Origin: Antedon mediterranea | Lineage: Eukaryota > Animalia > Echinodermata | Length of the DNA stretch: 64,000 nt | NCBI RefSeq assembly: GCF_964355755.1 | Contig: NC_092678.1 | Coordinates: forward strand, 8,014,422 to 8,078,421 | Direction of reading: 5' to 3' | In this document: positions 36,138 to 47,599 of the stretch, piece by piece | How the letters are laid out: each line of letters begins with the position of its first letter | How positions within the stretch are numbered: position 1 is the first letter of the stretch | Notes under the pieces: model-generated | Seen by the model: only the letters and a program-made list of their open reading frames with translations | The model's database searches: none | Told to the model about the DNA's origin: nothing | Program-made: the position numbers and the translations under genes

Positions 36138-39100
36138 TTACTTTTGTATTAGATATTGTTTAGTGTTAAAGACGAAGCTATGTTTGTTTGCAGAAGTTGT
36201 AATTTTGTTAGGAAGTGAGTTCCATATCTTGGGTCCAGTAAATCTAATATTATGTTGAAAAGAAGTCTTTTTATGTTTAGGAATATGAAGGTTATTGAGG
36301 ATTCTTGTGGAATAGCCGTGAAATTCATAATTGGGAGAAAACATATCGCGTAAATGAGATGGAAGAAGAGCATTTTGGCTTTTGTAAATAAATAAACATT
36401 GTTGGAAAATATTAATATCTGTTAATTTTAATAATTTGAGAGAACGAAATAAAGGATCTGTACTAGTTCTAGGTGAAACATTCGAAATTATTCGAATGAT
36501 TTTCTTTTGTAGTATTTGAAGTTTATTTAAATTAGATGGGAATGTGTTACACCAAACGATATTGCAATATAAAAGATATGGCAAAACAAGGGAGCAGTAG
36601 AGTGTTCGGAGAATATGATGTGGAAGAAAAGATGCCAGTCTACAAATTATACCAATATTTTTTGAGATTTTGTTTTCTGTCTCAATAACATGGGTTTTCC
36701 ATGTCAGACGACTATCAATGGATACACCCAAAAATGTTGCATGATTGACCATGGGGAGAACAGAACCATTTAGTTTAATTTGCAATGGACCTAATTTAAT
36801 CGGCATCGTACTACTTCTAAACAAAACATAGCTGCACTTTTTTAGATTTACAGAAAGGCTGTTTGCCAGAAACCATTCGGATACATTAATTAAACTTGTA
36901 TTTACAGTGTTAAATAACGACTCTAAGTGTCGATTTTTACAGATTAGTGTTGTGTCATCTGCATATAAAAAGTAAGATAAAGATACTGACGAATTGTAAA
37001 TATCATTCACATATAAAAGAAACAGAAGAGGACCTAGTAATGAACCTTGTGGTACTCCACAGGTAATAGGCAAATAGTCAGATTGGGAATCACAAAACTT
37101 GGTACATTGGTAGCGGTTAGATAAATAGCTCTTAAATAAATTGAGAGGAACACCGCGAATACCATAGTGATACAGTTTTGAAAGAAGAATGGGATGGTTA
37201 ATGGTATCGAATGCTTTCGATAGATCGACAAAAACACCAATTGCAAACTCATCATTTTCAAATGCATCTATTATTTCATTGGACAAATCAATTAAGGCCA
37301 TTGCGGTATCAAAATGTTTGCGAAATCCAAATTGCTTATTGAATAGAATATTATTTTTTTCCATAAAGGCATAGGTTCTATTATAGATAATTCTTTCTAA
37401 TATTTTAGAAAATAGCGAAAGGACTGAGATCGGTCGGTAATTAGATAAAGTGTCCTTTTTTCCTGCTTTAAAGATGGGAGTAACTCTTGCCAATTTCAAT
37501 TTATTTGGAAAAACTCCTTTTGTTAAAGACAGATTAAATATGTGACATAGAGGTTTAACCAAAAGGGAAATTGATTGTTTAATAACTTTTGGACTGAATT
37601 CATCAAGTCCTTGCGCTTTATTAGTTTTAAAACATTTGACAATATCTATAATTTCTGTATCAGACACTGGACACATAAATAAAGAGTTTAAAGTAGGTAA
37701 GGGCAAATACGTTTTAAAATCAGATTGATCGGTTGGCAATTTTTTTGAAAGAGTTGGTCCAATTTCGACAAAAAACTTATTGAATTCATTTGCGATTTGA
37801 GACGGGTCTTCAATGGATTCACCATTATTGCCTGTTAGAACAACTTTCGTATTCAAATTCGGAGACCTTTTAATCAAGGAGTTAATTACGCGCCAAGTAC
37901 CTTTAATATCATGTTGACATTGAGTGAATCTGTTTTGATAGTATTCGGTTTTAACACGTTTAATAAGTGAATTTAAGGTATTACGGAATTTAGTGTATTT
38001 TATTTTATTATGATTGGTAGGATTATTTAGGTATTTAGCATATAACTTGTGTTTATATTTAGTAGATTGCAACAGACCATTTGACATCCAAGGTTTTAAT
38101 TTTGTGTTTTTTTTACTTTGCGTAATCATTGGAAAATGTTTATTATATAAAAGTTTTAATTTAGTTTCAAAAGTATTATAAGCTTGATTAGGTTCTTGCA
38201 ATAAGTTCACATCGTTCCATGTTATTACGCTAAGCTCTCGTTTAAATTGTTCGATGTTATTTTCATTAATTTTCCTAAAAGGTTTATTTGGAGGTCTACT
38301 GACTGCTTGATTATTTTTGTATGTTAAGGTAGATATAGAAAAAACAGGTAGGTGATCGGAAATATCGCAATAGAGCTGACCACTAGCGAGGTGTAAATCA
38401 GGCTGGTTGGTTAATATGTTATCAATAAGAGTAGCACTATTTGATGTTATCCTAGTAGGTCTAAGTATTAGCGGTAAATAAAAGTTGCTAAAAAGAGTGT
38501 TTACAAAATTGTTAGTTGTGGTTTCATAAGTATATTGCAAAATATCTATATTGAAATCACCCAACAGATATACCAGCTTATTTTCAGTTGAAAGAGTATG
38601 AAGTAGGTTATCTAGGATATCATTGAATGCATTGATATTCAAAGACGGAGCACGATAGATTGTTCCCACGATGATATTTTTCCCATGTATCTGTTCTATT
38701 TCAATAAATATCGATTCACATATTGATTCATCTGTTGTTAAATCATTACGGACAGTAACTGATACATTGTTTCGTACGTACAGGGCTACGCCACCACCCG
38801 CCTTAGATTTCCTATTTCTAGAAAAAATATTATAACCCGGCATATCTGTTAGGGGATTATTGTCAAACTGTAGCCAAGATTCAGTAATAGCAATAACATC
38901 AAAGTCAAATTCAAGAGTAAGAAGAAAACGTTTTAAAGAATCCATCTTGCCCAAGAGACTACGTGTATTAAAATGGATAGTAGACAAAATATTTTTATCA
39001 TTGTTATGCTTAGAGAAATTCTCTGAGAATGTTTCTGGATCAAAATAATTAGATTCATTTAAACTAGCATAAACTTGAGAATGTGGATCAACATTTTCGT

Positions 39101-39170
39101 TAATATTCATGTTCTCGTATGCCACAAAGGGGTTAAATTTCACATCAGTTGTAGGGTTGGATTGGCACAT
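36138..39170 (-). CDS. LINE ORF2: AP endonuclease plus reverse transcriptase (1010 aa, intact)
   Basis: HFNTRSL, IAITESW, GGGVALYV, GTIYRAP, LGDFN, SDHLP, NYRPIS, DLSKAFD, GVPQGS and YADD. Confidence 0.95.
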   Translation of the reverse strand: MCQSNPTTDVKFNPFVAYENMNINENVDPHSQVYASLNESNYFDPETFSENFSKHNNDKNILSTIHFNTRSLLGKMDSLKRFLLTLEFDFDVIAITESWLQFDNNPLTDMPGYNIFSRNRKSKAGGGVALYVRNNVSVTVRNDLTTDESICESIFIEIEQIHGKNIIVGTIYRAPSLNINAFNDILDNLLHTLSTENKLVYLLGDFNIDILQYTYETTTNNFVNTLFSNFYLPLILRPTRITSNSATLIDNILTNQPDLHLASGQLYCDISDHLPVFSISTLTYKNNQAVSRPPNKPFRKINENNIEQFKRELSVITWNDVNLLQEPNQAYNTFETKLKLLYNKHFPMITQSKKNTKLKPWMSNGLLQSTKYKHKLYAKYLNNPTNHNKIKYTKFRNTLNSLIKRVKTEYYQNRFTQCQHDIKGTWRVINSLIKRSPNLNTKVVLTGNNGESIEDPSQIANEFNKFFVEIGPTLSKKLPTDQSDFKTYLPLPTLNSLFMCPVSDTEIIDIVKCFKTNKAQGLDEFSPKVIKQSISLLVKPLCHIFNLSLTKGVFPNKLKLARVTPIFKAGKKDTLSNYRPISVLSLFSKILERIIYNRTYAFMEKNNILFNKQFGFRKHFDTAMALIDLSNEIIDAFENDEFAIGVFVDLSKAFDTINHPILLSKLYHYGIRGVPLNLFKSYLSNRYQCTKFCDSQSDYLPITCGVPQGSLLGPLLFLLYVNDIYNSSVSLSYFLYADDTTLICKNRHLESLFNTVNTSLINVSEWFLANSLSVNLKKCSYVLFRSSTMPIKLGPLQIKLNGSVLPMVNHATFLGVSIDSRLTWKTHVIETENKISKNIGIICRLASFLPHHILRTLYCSLVLPYLLYCNIVWCNTFPSNLNKLQILQKKIIRIISNVSPRTSTDPLFRSLKLLKLTDINIFQQCLFIYKSQNALLPSHLRDMFSPNYEFHGYSTRILNNLHIPKHKKTSFQHNIRFTGPKIWNSLPNKITTSANKHSFVFNTKQYLIQK

Positions 39171-39519
39171 TAATTATAGGTATCATAGATAATTTAAACA
39201 TTAGGTAAAAGTTAACAATAATATAATAAAATAAAAAACTAAATATAACAATAATTAAACATAAAACAATTCTGTTTAGTGCTGCCGTATTACTAATACA
39301 TAGGTAGCGTAAGCGTTGCACTCCCCGTGTATAAAACGGAGAATAATTCATTAGGTATGCAACCGGGTATGCAAAGGTATAATTTGCATAATGGTACGTA
39401 GCGGACATGCTTGGAATTTAAACAAGCAAAGCCAGGTTAAATATACTGACATTACAAAATGAAAGAAGGCAGAGAAAAAGAAACCATTCATATCCCAGTT
39501 CCTCAAAACACCGTAAAAG

Positions 39520-40209
39520 TTACTTGAATATATAGGGAGTCCCCGTAGAAGTTCGCCATTTACCAGCAGAGAATTTAAGTTTAGTTCCATTGTCATATAA
39601 AGCTTTAACTTGAAATTTCCATTTCTTCTTTTCTTTATAATCCACTAAGGTCAGATCATCTATCACGTAAAACTGTTTATCTTGTAAGGCAATATTCTTC
39701 TGTTTCATGACTTGAACTTTAGAGTTATAACTAAGTAGTTTAATTATGATGTGTCGGGGCCTCACCGGCAGTACAGGACCGACTCGATGTGCACGCTCTA
39801 TCGTTGGTATTTCACTAAATTCAAAGTTATCTATTAGAATGTTCCTGGCCAAGACAACACAATCCTCACCTGATTCTTCTTTAAGTCCCACAATTCGAAC
39901 GTTGTTACGTCGGCTGAAGCGTTCGGATTTGTTGGCCTCTAGTTCGAGCTTCGCAACCGTAGATGATAGTTTATCAACCGTTTGTTCGAGTTGACCAATC
40001 TTGTTAGCCTTGATAATATCGTTTTCTTCGAGTGCTGCGATTCTGTCCGAGTTAAATCCAATAGCTTGGTTCAAATCCTCTTTAATTTTTGCCTGCCCAT
40101 CTAATAATGATTTTAGGGAAGCATGTACAAAATTGTTAAAGTCCACAGGGTTGGAACAAGCACTTTCAATATCGGCTGGGCGAGAGCGAGTCTTGGGTTT
40201 GGTGGCCAT
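39520..40209 (-). CDS. LINE ORF1, L1-ORF1p-like coiled-coil plus RRM protein (229 aa)
   Basis: Heptad region followed by SRRNNVRIVGLKE, IERAHRVG, PRHIIIKL and DDLT, lying upstream of ORF2. Confidence 0.9.
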   Translation of the reverse strand: MATKPKTRSRPADIESACSNPVDFNNFVHASLKSLLDGQAKIKEDLNQAIGFNSDRIAALEENDIIKANKIGQLEQTVDKLSSTVAKLELEANKSERFSRRNNVRIVGLKEESGEDCVVLARNILIDNFEFSEIPTIERAHRVGPVLPVRPRHIIIKLLSYNSKVQVMKQKNIALQDKQFYVIDDLTLVDYKEKKKWKFQVKALYDNGTKLKFSAGKWRTSTGTPYIFK

Positions 40210-40291
40210 GATGCATACACGCCGTGTAAATTGTAGTCAAATGAGGAGCGCTCGCTATACACGTCTTATCCTGAGCACGTCATTGATTGAA

Positions 40292-42024
40292 ATGGCCAAT
40301 TATAAGACCGACATCAACATTCAGAAGAGGACTCAGCTCTTTCTTCATTCCTTGGAGATGTACCCAACCATTGGTTGCATCTGGTGTGGGGATTTGATGT
40401 CTGGACACTGGTATTTGATCTCGTGTGTATGCGGATGGTAACTGTATTGTCTTCTTTTCATTGAGGCCCTTTATCACCAAACCATCTATCTTTTTGGAAG
40501 TGACTGTCCCCTTCGTCAGCACAGTTGATATCTCTAACCTTATGTCTGCTCCTTTAGTATTCAATCCCTTGGCAAGAGCTTCCGCAATAAAACAGATATC
40601 TGATTGTTCATCTAGTAAAGCATATGTTATCTGCTGCTTATCCCCATACTTTATCCATACAGGGACTATGGATGAGCAGCATTGTTCATTGAATTGGGAG
40701 TTAGTACACAGGGGTGTGGACACCACCACAGGTATCTCCTTCTGGCTTGCCGCAACGAACAGATGTAATGTTGTCGGGTGATCCCCTTTGCAGACTTCGC
40801 ATGTCATTCGATGCCTGCAATCTCTCCAAATGTGTCCCTTCTTTAGGCAACCTCTACAGAGCCCCTTTGTTCTTACTAGTCCATCTCTTTCTTTCAACTC
40901 CATTGACTTGAACTTATCACAAACACTAACGGCATGATCTTCACCGCAACAGAAACAACCCTTCCGCCTCGACTGGGTAGCTTGAGTGCTGTATGACCTG
41001 GTCTTGTCCGACTTCTCAGACTTATGGCTGTCCTTAGACTTCTGGGCAGATGTCACCTGGAACGACGGATCATTACAAATCTTTGCCTCCTTGGCAATAA
41101 AATCAACGAATACCTTAAATGGCGGAAAGGAAACGTCTTTATCTGCCTTGTATTTAGAACCAGCGCCACCTTTCTTGCAGTCGGTATGACAGCTTTGCTA
41201 CTGCGATGTTCACTCCCCTGGCTGTGTCAAAGACTGCTAGCCCTGGCAGCCGCTTGTCCCTTTTTGCTGCTTCGATTTCACGTAGGAGATCTGGCATCTC
41301 CTTCATCTGCTTGTTTTCTTTAATTTTCGGGAATGTTTCCAACTTGCTAAGAAGTACACTCTCGAATTAACTCTGAAGCTCCATAATCTTCGTCCAGTCG
41401 CTCCCACATGGCCTTGAGTCCCTCTTCAGAATTGTCTAAATGGACAGCTTTCAATCTTAATATTGCCTTGTGGGATTCTTCACCCAACCACTTCATCAGC
41501 AGATCTGATTCTTCCCTGGCATTCAAGGACAGCTCTTTAGTAATAGCCTTGAATGTCGCCTTCCATGTTCTATAATTGATTGGGTCATCATCAAATTTAA
41601 TAAGTCCATTGCTTATTAAATCCTTTTTCATCAGAAACTTGGCGATGTTTGATTTATCTTCATCACCATCATCAGGCTTGTTCGCAGCTACTTGCGACTC
41701 CTGTCTATTTAGTTCGGCTAGATATTTTCTGCCTATCTGTAACCCTTGGGTGAACTCCATCAGTACAGATTCCATGTATTTCTCTGCTTCTTCGAATTCT
41801 GGGTCATCTTCAATAATTGCTACAAGAGCATCATGTACATGCTCAACTGCAGTTGAGGCACGATTAAGTCGTTCAAGCGCATGCTCTACAACCTCCTTCT
41901 CACTTTCATCCACTGTTGCTGCCTTGAGTACAATAAGAGCTCTGGTAAAGGCTCCCTTCTTAACCCTTCTGGCATGCTTCAGTTTGTCTATTTGCTCCGC
42001 CGTATCAGCAGGCATCTTTATCAT
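40292..42024 (-). pseudogene. BEL1 gag-protease remnant
   Basis: Frameshifted pieces 41347-42024, 41154-41342 and 40292-41056, with three CCHC knuckles (CFCCGEDHAVSVC, CRGCLKKGHIWRDC, CEVCKGDHPTTLH) and the protease motif LLDEQS. Confidence 0.9.
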
Positions 42025-42085
42025 CGTACTGTCAGGCTTGGTTGACAGTATCTGTAATCAGGTTGCTTTAACAGCCGTAATTTAC

Positions 42086-42903
42086 TGTAAGTTCACCGGT
42101 AACTAGTACTCAATGAACTTTTTAAATGAACGGCACCAACGAATTTACTGGCTCTTTGTTTTTTATTTCTTTCCATATAATTCTAGCATATTTCAGCGTT
42201 ATTTCAACTTCTTGTCTTTAACATTAACAACATAACAATAATAAGCAATGTAGAATAAATCTACAATCAACGATTATCACGGCTTCAAAGAAATACCGCA
42301 TTCCTAGTACAGAGTCCCAAATTGACCCTTGACCTTACATGCTCACTGAAGCGGAATGACAATATGGCCATCACATATTTCCTTGCAACGCATGTGCGAT
42401 GAAATCATAGTACTTTAGGCAATAATACGGTGTCTATTCTAGGCTAAATTCTATATTAATAATAGTCAAATAAATTTCCGATACGCATCAATTACTTCTA
42501 TAATGATTCTAACATTAGATGCATTATTCCATACCATGATAAATGGTTAAATAATAAAAGTATGAGCAATCTAAAACAATGAATAACTCTCAACTACTAC
42601 TGGGGTGAAAACAATATCGCCGCCAGCCTCTCAATACGAGCGCAATCCAACAGAATGCTAGCTCCAGGTGAGAACTTATACTCCTTTGATATCATTATAA
42701 TTAACATAAAGTAAAACAGAAAAACATAATGAACCATGTATTACCGGTTCTGGTGTCGTAACCTTTTTACAACTTATTATAACTCTAAATCTTGCGAAGA
42801 CATTCGTCGTCAACGCATCACATTCTTTCATCATGTCTGCCCAAAGGACCGCTCCAAGAGTGAGGGCGCTATAACTTTAAACTACTGAAGTCAATTCAGT
42901 ACA
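42086..42903 (-). repeat. BEL1 5' LTR
   Basis: Direct repeat of 31060-31889. Confidence 0.95.
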
Positions 42904-44270
42904 AATATTTTCAATTCATAATGCATGCTTTGATGAATAAATAAAATAATAAAGTGTCGTGGATATATTTGTTAATATACTGAAAACGGTATGAACAATA
43001 TTAAAATAATAAAGGCAAATTATTACAAATGAAATGATGAACGAATCTCTGAAAGAGCCATATACTGTATAAAAAGAGGGGTGAATTTGTGCGTTTTTTA
43101 TATTGGTTCAAGTTTTGATGTATCCTGACTTGCATGTAGGCCCTAGCATTTATTCTTTTGTTATAATAGACACAATATATATATATATGTTACCAATTAA
43201 TACCATTAATAAAATTAATTACTAAAATAAAAACGGAATATAAGCGTTATTTCATAGACAAAAAAATCTAAAAATAATGCATGAACTACAGGAAAACGCT
43301 ATACAAAATAGACGCGCGCGCCCTCAGCGTGCGAATTCTTTGACACAACAATGGCATCTAATTTTAATGTCGTAAATCTTTATATATATATGGCTCTGAC
43401 AAGGACGGCGCGCGTGCACTACTGCTGCACGTTATGCCAAGTTTGTCACGATATTCTATCAACATCTTATTTTACGAATATCTCGGACATTAATTTAAAC
43501 TATTAACTATATCAATCAAATCAGTAGTATAACTAGAACATTATTACTACTTACAATTATAATCAATAAACTTCATTAAACATAACAAATACTACATAGA
43601 TTTCTTCACTTCGAAATTTGCAAACATCCTCGCAATAAAAACTGACTTTACCGGGGTGAATCGGTTAACCTCTCTCCTTAGCCAGAAATTGTTCCAATAA
43701 TTGTTAACAAAATTTATTTAGCGTAACGCCCGTTATATAGGCTTTATAACTACATTGCAAAGAACTTATGCTACATTGTTATAATATATCTTTCTACAAT
43801 TTAAAGTGTAATGCCGATGTTCATTCCTGTTTTATTTTTTCATTCTTAGTGTGTACAAAATCGGCGTATCGACTATGCCACCTGTATTTTAACAATTGGA
43901 ATGCCAATTATTCGTTTAGGTGACTATAACCTTATGTTACGTTTTTATTCTTATACTCTAGCATTATTACCATTCAGAGAGGTGAGTCGATAAGGTAGGG
44001 TTAAGTACAAGAAAAGCCCGGATGTGGTCGTGGATTACTTCAGTTCACTTCCATTTGTAATAACATTTATATTATGTGATGATTTATGTAGGCTATATAA
44101 CTATATATTGTTATATCTTTCTAAAAATGTAGTGTAGGCTCTACGTTTATTCGTTTTTCTTCTTGCGTGCAAAATCGTACATCGGTTATGCCACCTGTAA
44201 TTTAACAATGGGAATGCGAATCATTACTGTAACCTTATGCTACGTTTTTATATTCTAGGCGTACTCTAGC

Positions 44271-44427
44271 CATGGAGGTATAAAGTTAATACAACTTTTG
44301 AACCACACATTTCGATACCTTACCTTCAACAATTATGTGGAGTGGACAGTATAAACATTGGCTGTGTATAGTCCCATGGAGGTAATAAATAAATAAATAA
44401 ATAAATAAATAGTTTTTTACCTCCATG
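44271..44427. mobile_element. 157-bp P-like mini-element, 7-bp TSD
   Basis: ctctagc CATGGAGGTA ... TACCTCCATG ctctagc, with a second internal CATGGAGGTA at 44375. Confidence 0.75.
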
Positions 44428-45479
44428 CTCTAGCCCTGTCCGTCCCAACACAATCCCATGTTATACATGAGGTTAGAACGTAGTATTCTTCTTTATTCTA
44501 CTAATCCGCCGAATATTTACCAGCTTATACAGAATCGATCTTAATTATAATTACGGCTACCCTTTGACGCCTATCATTGTTTTTCTAATTTGTAATCAAA
44601 AAGTATGTGCATTTTACTTTGCAGTGTTTACATCAGTTTACATGAGGGATACTGTACCTACAATTCCCATTGTATCATGAAGGATACTGTACCTACAATT
44701 CCCATTGTATCATCGTATTCGAGATTGTCAACGTTACACCACCCGGTGTATAATAAGTTTATTGATCAGTATAGTAACGTAACGTAACTGTTATAAAACG
44801 TCACACGCCTTAACAGTTTGTCCCCATATACTGTAGCTTATGTTGTTTTTAATTTTTGTCTATCCAATCCAAGTACACCTTTGTAATGAAAGTCCTACAG
44901 TTAAATAAATGTTAATGTATAGCCCATGATGGAGTAATTTATAGTTATTCATAAGCTTCCTAATTCTACATGAATACAGTCAAGATAAAAGCGTCAACTT
45001 GTATATCTTATTTGTTTTGCGTAAGCCATATTTGCATTGTATTTCAGTAATAAACGGCTACTACCTTAAAATGGATATGAAAGGGTTCCTAGCAATATCA
45101 TTTTATTGGCTCAACGTGTAGATCAATCAGTTTTAAGCTTGCCATAGTCATACTTAATGTTTTGGAGGACGACAACGCCCTCAAAACGCCCCTGAGAAAC
45201 CTGTGAAAAACTTTTTGTGACGTCACTAAAAGTTATTTTTGTATTACAGAGATAGGAATTTAGCAGTAAATCATTGATTGATGCAAAAGCATGGTAGTAA
45301 TTACTTATCGCTTTGATATTTTTATTCTTGGATAAGTATGTTAGCCTAATCGAATAAAATTAATTCATATTATCAACCATGTTTTTTTTTTAAACGGATT
45401 TTAATTTCGTTTTTCAAGGCCACCTTTTACGAAATTCATAGCCAAATACCTATCTTGCTGGTGGGTACACGGAGTTATT

Positions 45480-46900
45480 TTGCGCATGCGTGAGAATCAC
45501 AGAGTCGACCACCTTGGCCTCTCTCTCGACCCTCCTCTCGCGAGCGATGTTTATTTCGCTATTTATTATACATGTATTATTGAAACATTCATTTTATTAC
45601 TGTTTCGTTGTAATTAACTGAAATTGATGGAAATTCGTCCACATCGTCTTGTTAACACGGGTGTTAACATCGTTTTGAAGAAACGGTTGGACGAGTAAAT
45701 GGTGTTTGACAATGCCATGGCCTGGAGCTAGCTAGGCCTTTTTAGTAGTGATGACTGCTGGATACGGTGTTTAGTCGCCCGGCCAGAGGTGAGCTGAGAG
45801 CGTATGCTCCTTGATGTATCGTTGAGGGTGTTAATGGTAGGCACAATTGTGTTACTGTATTATGTATATACACATTATTTATAAGTACGTTTATTAATAT
45901 TGTTGTGTGCTGTAGTGTCCTGACTAACGCATTATTAAAATATTTTTTTGTTATTACATGCCGCCCTAGCTAGGCTAGGCAACACTGAATACTAAATACA
46001 GTATTAATTATGATTCCCAATAAAATGAATAGAGGTGGATTTTCTCTAATGTAATAATAAAGGTTATAACAGGCCAGGCCTAGTTAGGGGTATTTCAGCT
46101 TGTATCATATACAGTACAGTATACAGTAAATAAACAATTCATTTGTATTTTTACCTACCTACAGGTCTATAATTGGAGTGCAACTATGATAATTGATGGA
46201 CAGGATAAGCAAATGTATTTATTGATTGGAATGGAAGCGCAAATGTTAGAGTCAAATTATAATATTAAGGTAACAGATACTGAGCATTGCTATTTTAAAC
46301 TATTGATCAAACCTACATAATACATTATACTAAATTATTATTTTGTTTTGAGGGCAGATAAACATGTGCTTATTCATTTTCCTTTTTTCAGGTGAATAGA
46401 AAGATGCCCAGCGTACTTTATAATAGATGCTACTTGGATCATGCTTGCACGATACATTTATGCAGTATACTAAGACACCAAGTATAGAATGAGCACAGAC
46501 AATTAAAATTACAGAACTAAATATTTATGAAGAATAGTAAAATATGCATAATAGAATTCTTTAGACGCGAGTGCTAGGGTTACAGTCATACTGTAACTAT
46601 GGTAATGTACTACCAGACAGTACATATAGTGTTTGTTTTTAATCATCTAAATGGGTCTGGGTATATAAACAAATAAACCACTACTGTACTTCTTTTTTTA
46701 TTTATTTAGCCAAATACTATGTACAATGGACATTTATGAAAGAATCCATCTCTTGAATATGATGGAGCTGGCTGGTGTTGATAGAATTAAAATGTATCAC
46801 TCAGGTCTCAAAAGTAATTTATGTCCCGTTTGTAAAATCCTGCTTGTTCCAAACTCATTATGATACATTTGTTCAATAAAATTCATTCCACACACTATTT
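45480..46900 (+). other. Candidate spliced transcript (lncRNA or small ORF)
   Basis: CpG-rich start with tgcgcatgcg at 45481. Donor gag|gtgagc at ~45789. Exon 46165-46269 (ctacag| ... aag|gtaaca). Acceptor ttccttttttcag| at 46392. aataaa at ~46671 and ~46876. Confidence 0.35.
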
Positions 46901-47327
46901 CTGCCATATAATTTGATGTTTACAATTTTATTACTAGTACTATTACAGTTCTTCAAAGCCATCTCATGTACTGTTGATTCCATAAATCTGCAAAGATAAG
47001 ACCAATAAATGGATGGAAATGTACTATTATTTTTATTCAATCCTACCTCTAGGCCCTATACTATAGTATTATATTTTATGACTTGGTAACAAACAGAAAG
47101 AGGTTATTATTTAATTACACTACAGTTACTAACTAAACTATAATAATCCTCTCTGCCTCACCTCTGCTCTACTTTAATATTAGTATTATTATATTACTAT
47201 ATTAGTCAATAACAAAAGTCAGATCCAAAAACAAGTTCAACACAAGCTTACCTTTTTTATTTACGTCGCCTTTTACATACGACGTTCGTCGGTGGACCGG
47301 CGACTACTACTCTCTTGTACTGTAGGC

Positions 47328-47344
47328 CATGGAGTAACTCCATG
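47328..47344. mobile_element. 17-bp palindrome with 7-bp TSD, a P-element-like excision footprint
   Basis: tgtaggc CATGGAGT a ACTCCATG tgtaggc. Confidence 0.7.
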
Positions 47345-47599
47345 TGTAGGCCTAGCCTACTACTAGCAAATTTAGAAGAAACTATAGTCTACTAGACCTA
47401 GCCTAATTTGTAGTCTGCGTGAGTGGTTTAGTGTGAGAAGTACAAATACACACTTTCTTCTTTTCACGTACAATCTTTGCAGACATAACTTTTTATTGAT
47501 TTGTGAAATATCGATATTTTCTACGACTGCAGCAACAGGGAGCTTGCAACACACGCGATTCTCGTGTAGAATGGGTTTGTTTATTTTGTTTACACCACA

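Larger units (their letters stand above)
35809..40291 (-). mobile_element. Full-length L2-group (Crack-like) LINE inserted in BEL1
   Basis: Has a 5' UTR, ORF1, ORF2, 3' UTR and (GAAAT)n tail. Removing it restores the BEL frame GLIIGH|NCSTALMP. A 2-bp AT is duplicated at the junctions. Confidence 0.92.
31060..42903 (-). mobile_element. BEL/Pao LTR retrotransposon 1 (two LTRs, decayed, LINE-interrupted)
   Basis: LTRs at 31060-31889 and 42086-42903 (TGTA..TACA). 5-bp TSD aatat at 31055-31059 and 42904-42908. PPT aagggagcca adjacent to the 3' LTR. Gag-pol remnants. Confidence 0.95.
29135..43398. mobile_element. MITE family M, copy 2 (hosts the Harbinger-like and BEL insertions), 8-bp TSD acaaggac
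   Basis: acaaggac at 29127-29134 and 43399-43406. The body (30753-31059 plus 42904-43398) is the reverse complement of copy 1. Confidence 0.8.

Noticed and set aside
40280-41056. ORF ending GHFNQ* as a standalone zinc-knuckle gene
   Set aside because: It is BEL1 gag-protease cut by the LINE insertion, and FNQ* comes from the LINE 5' end.
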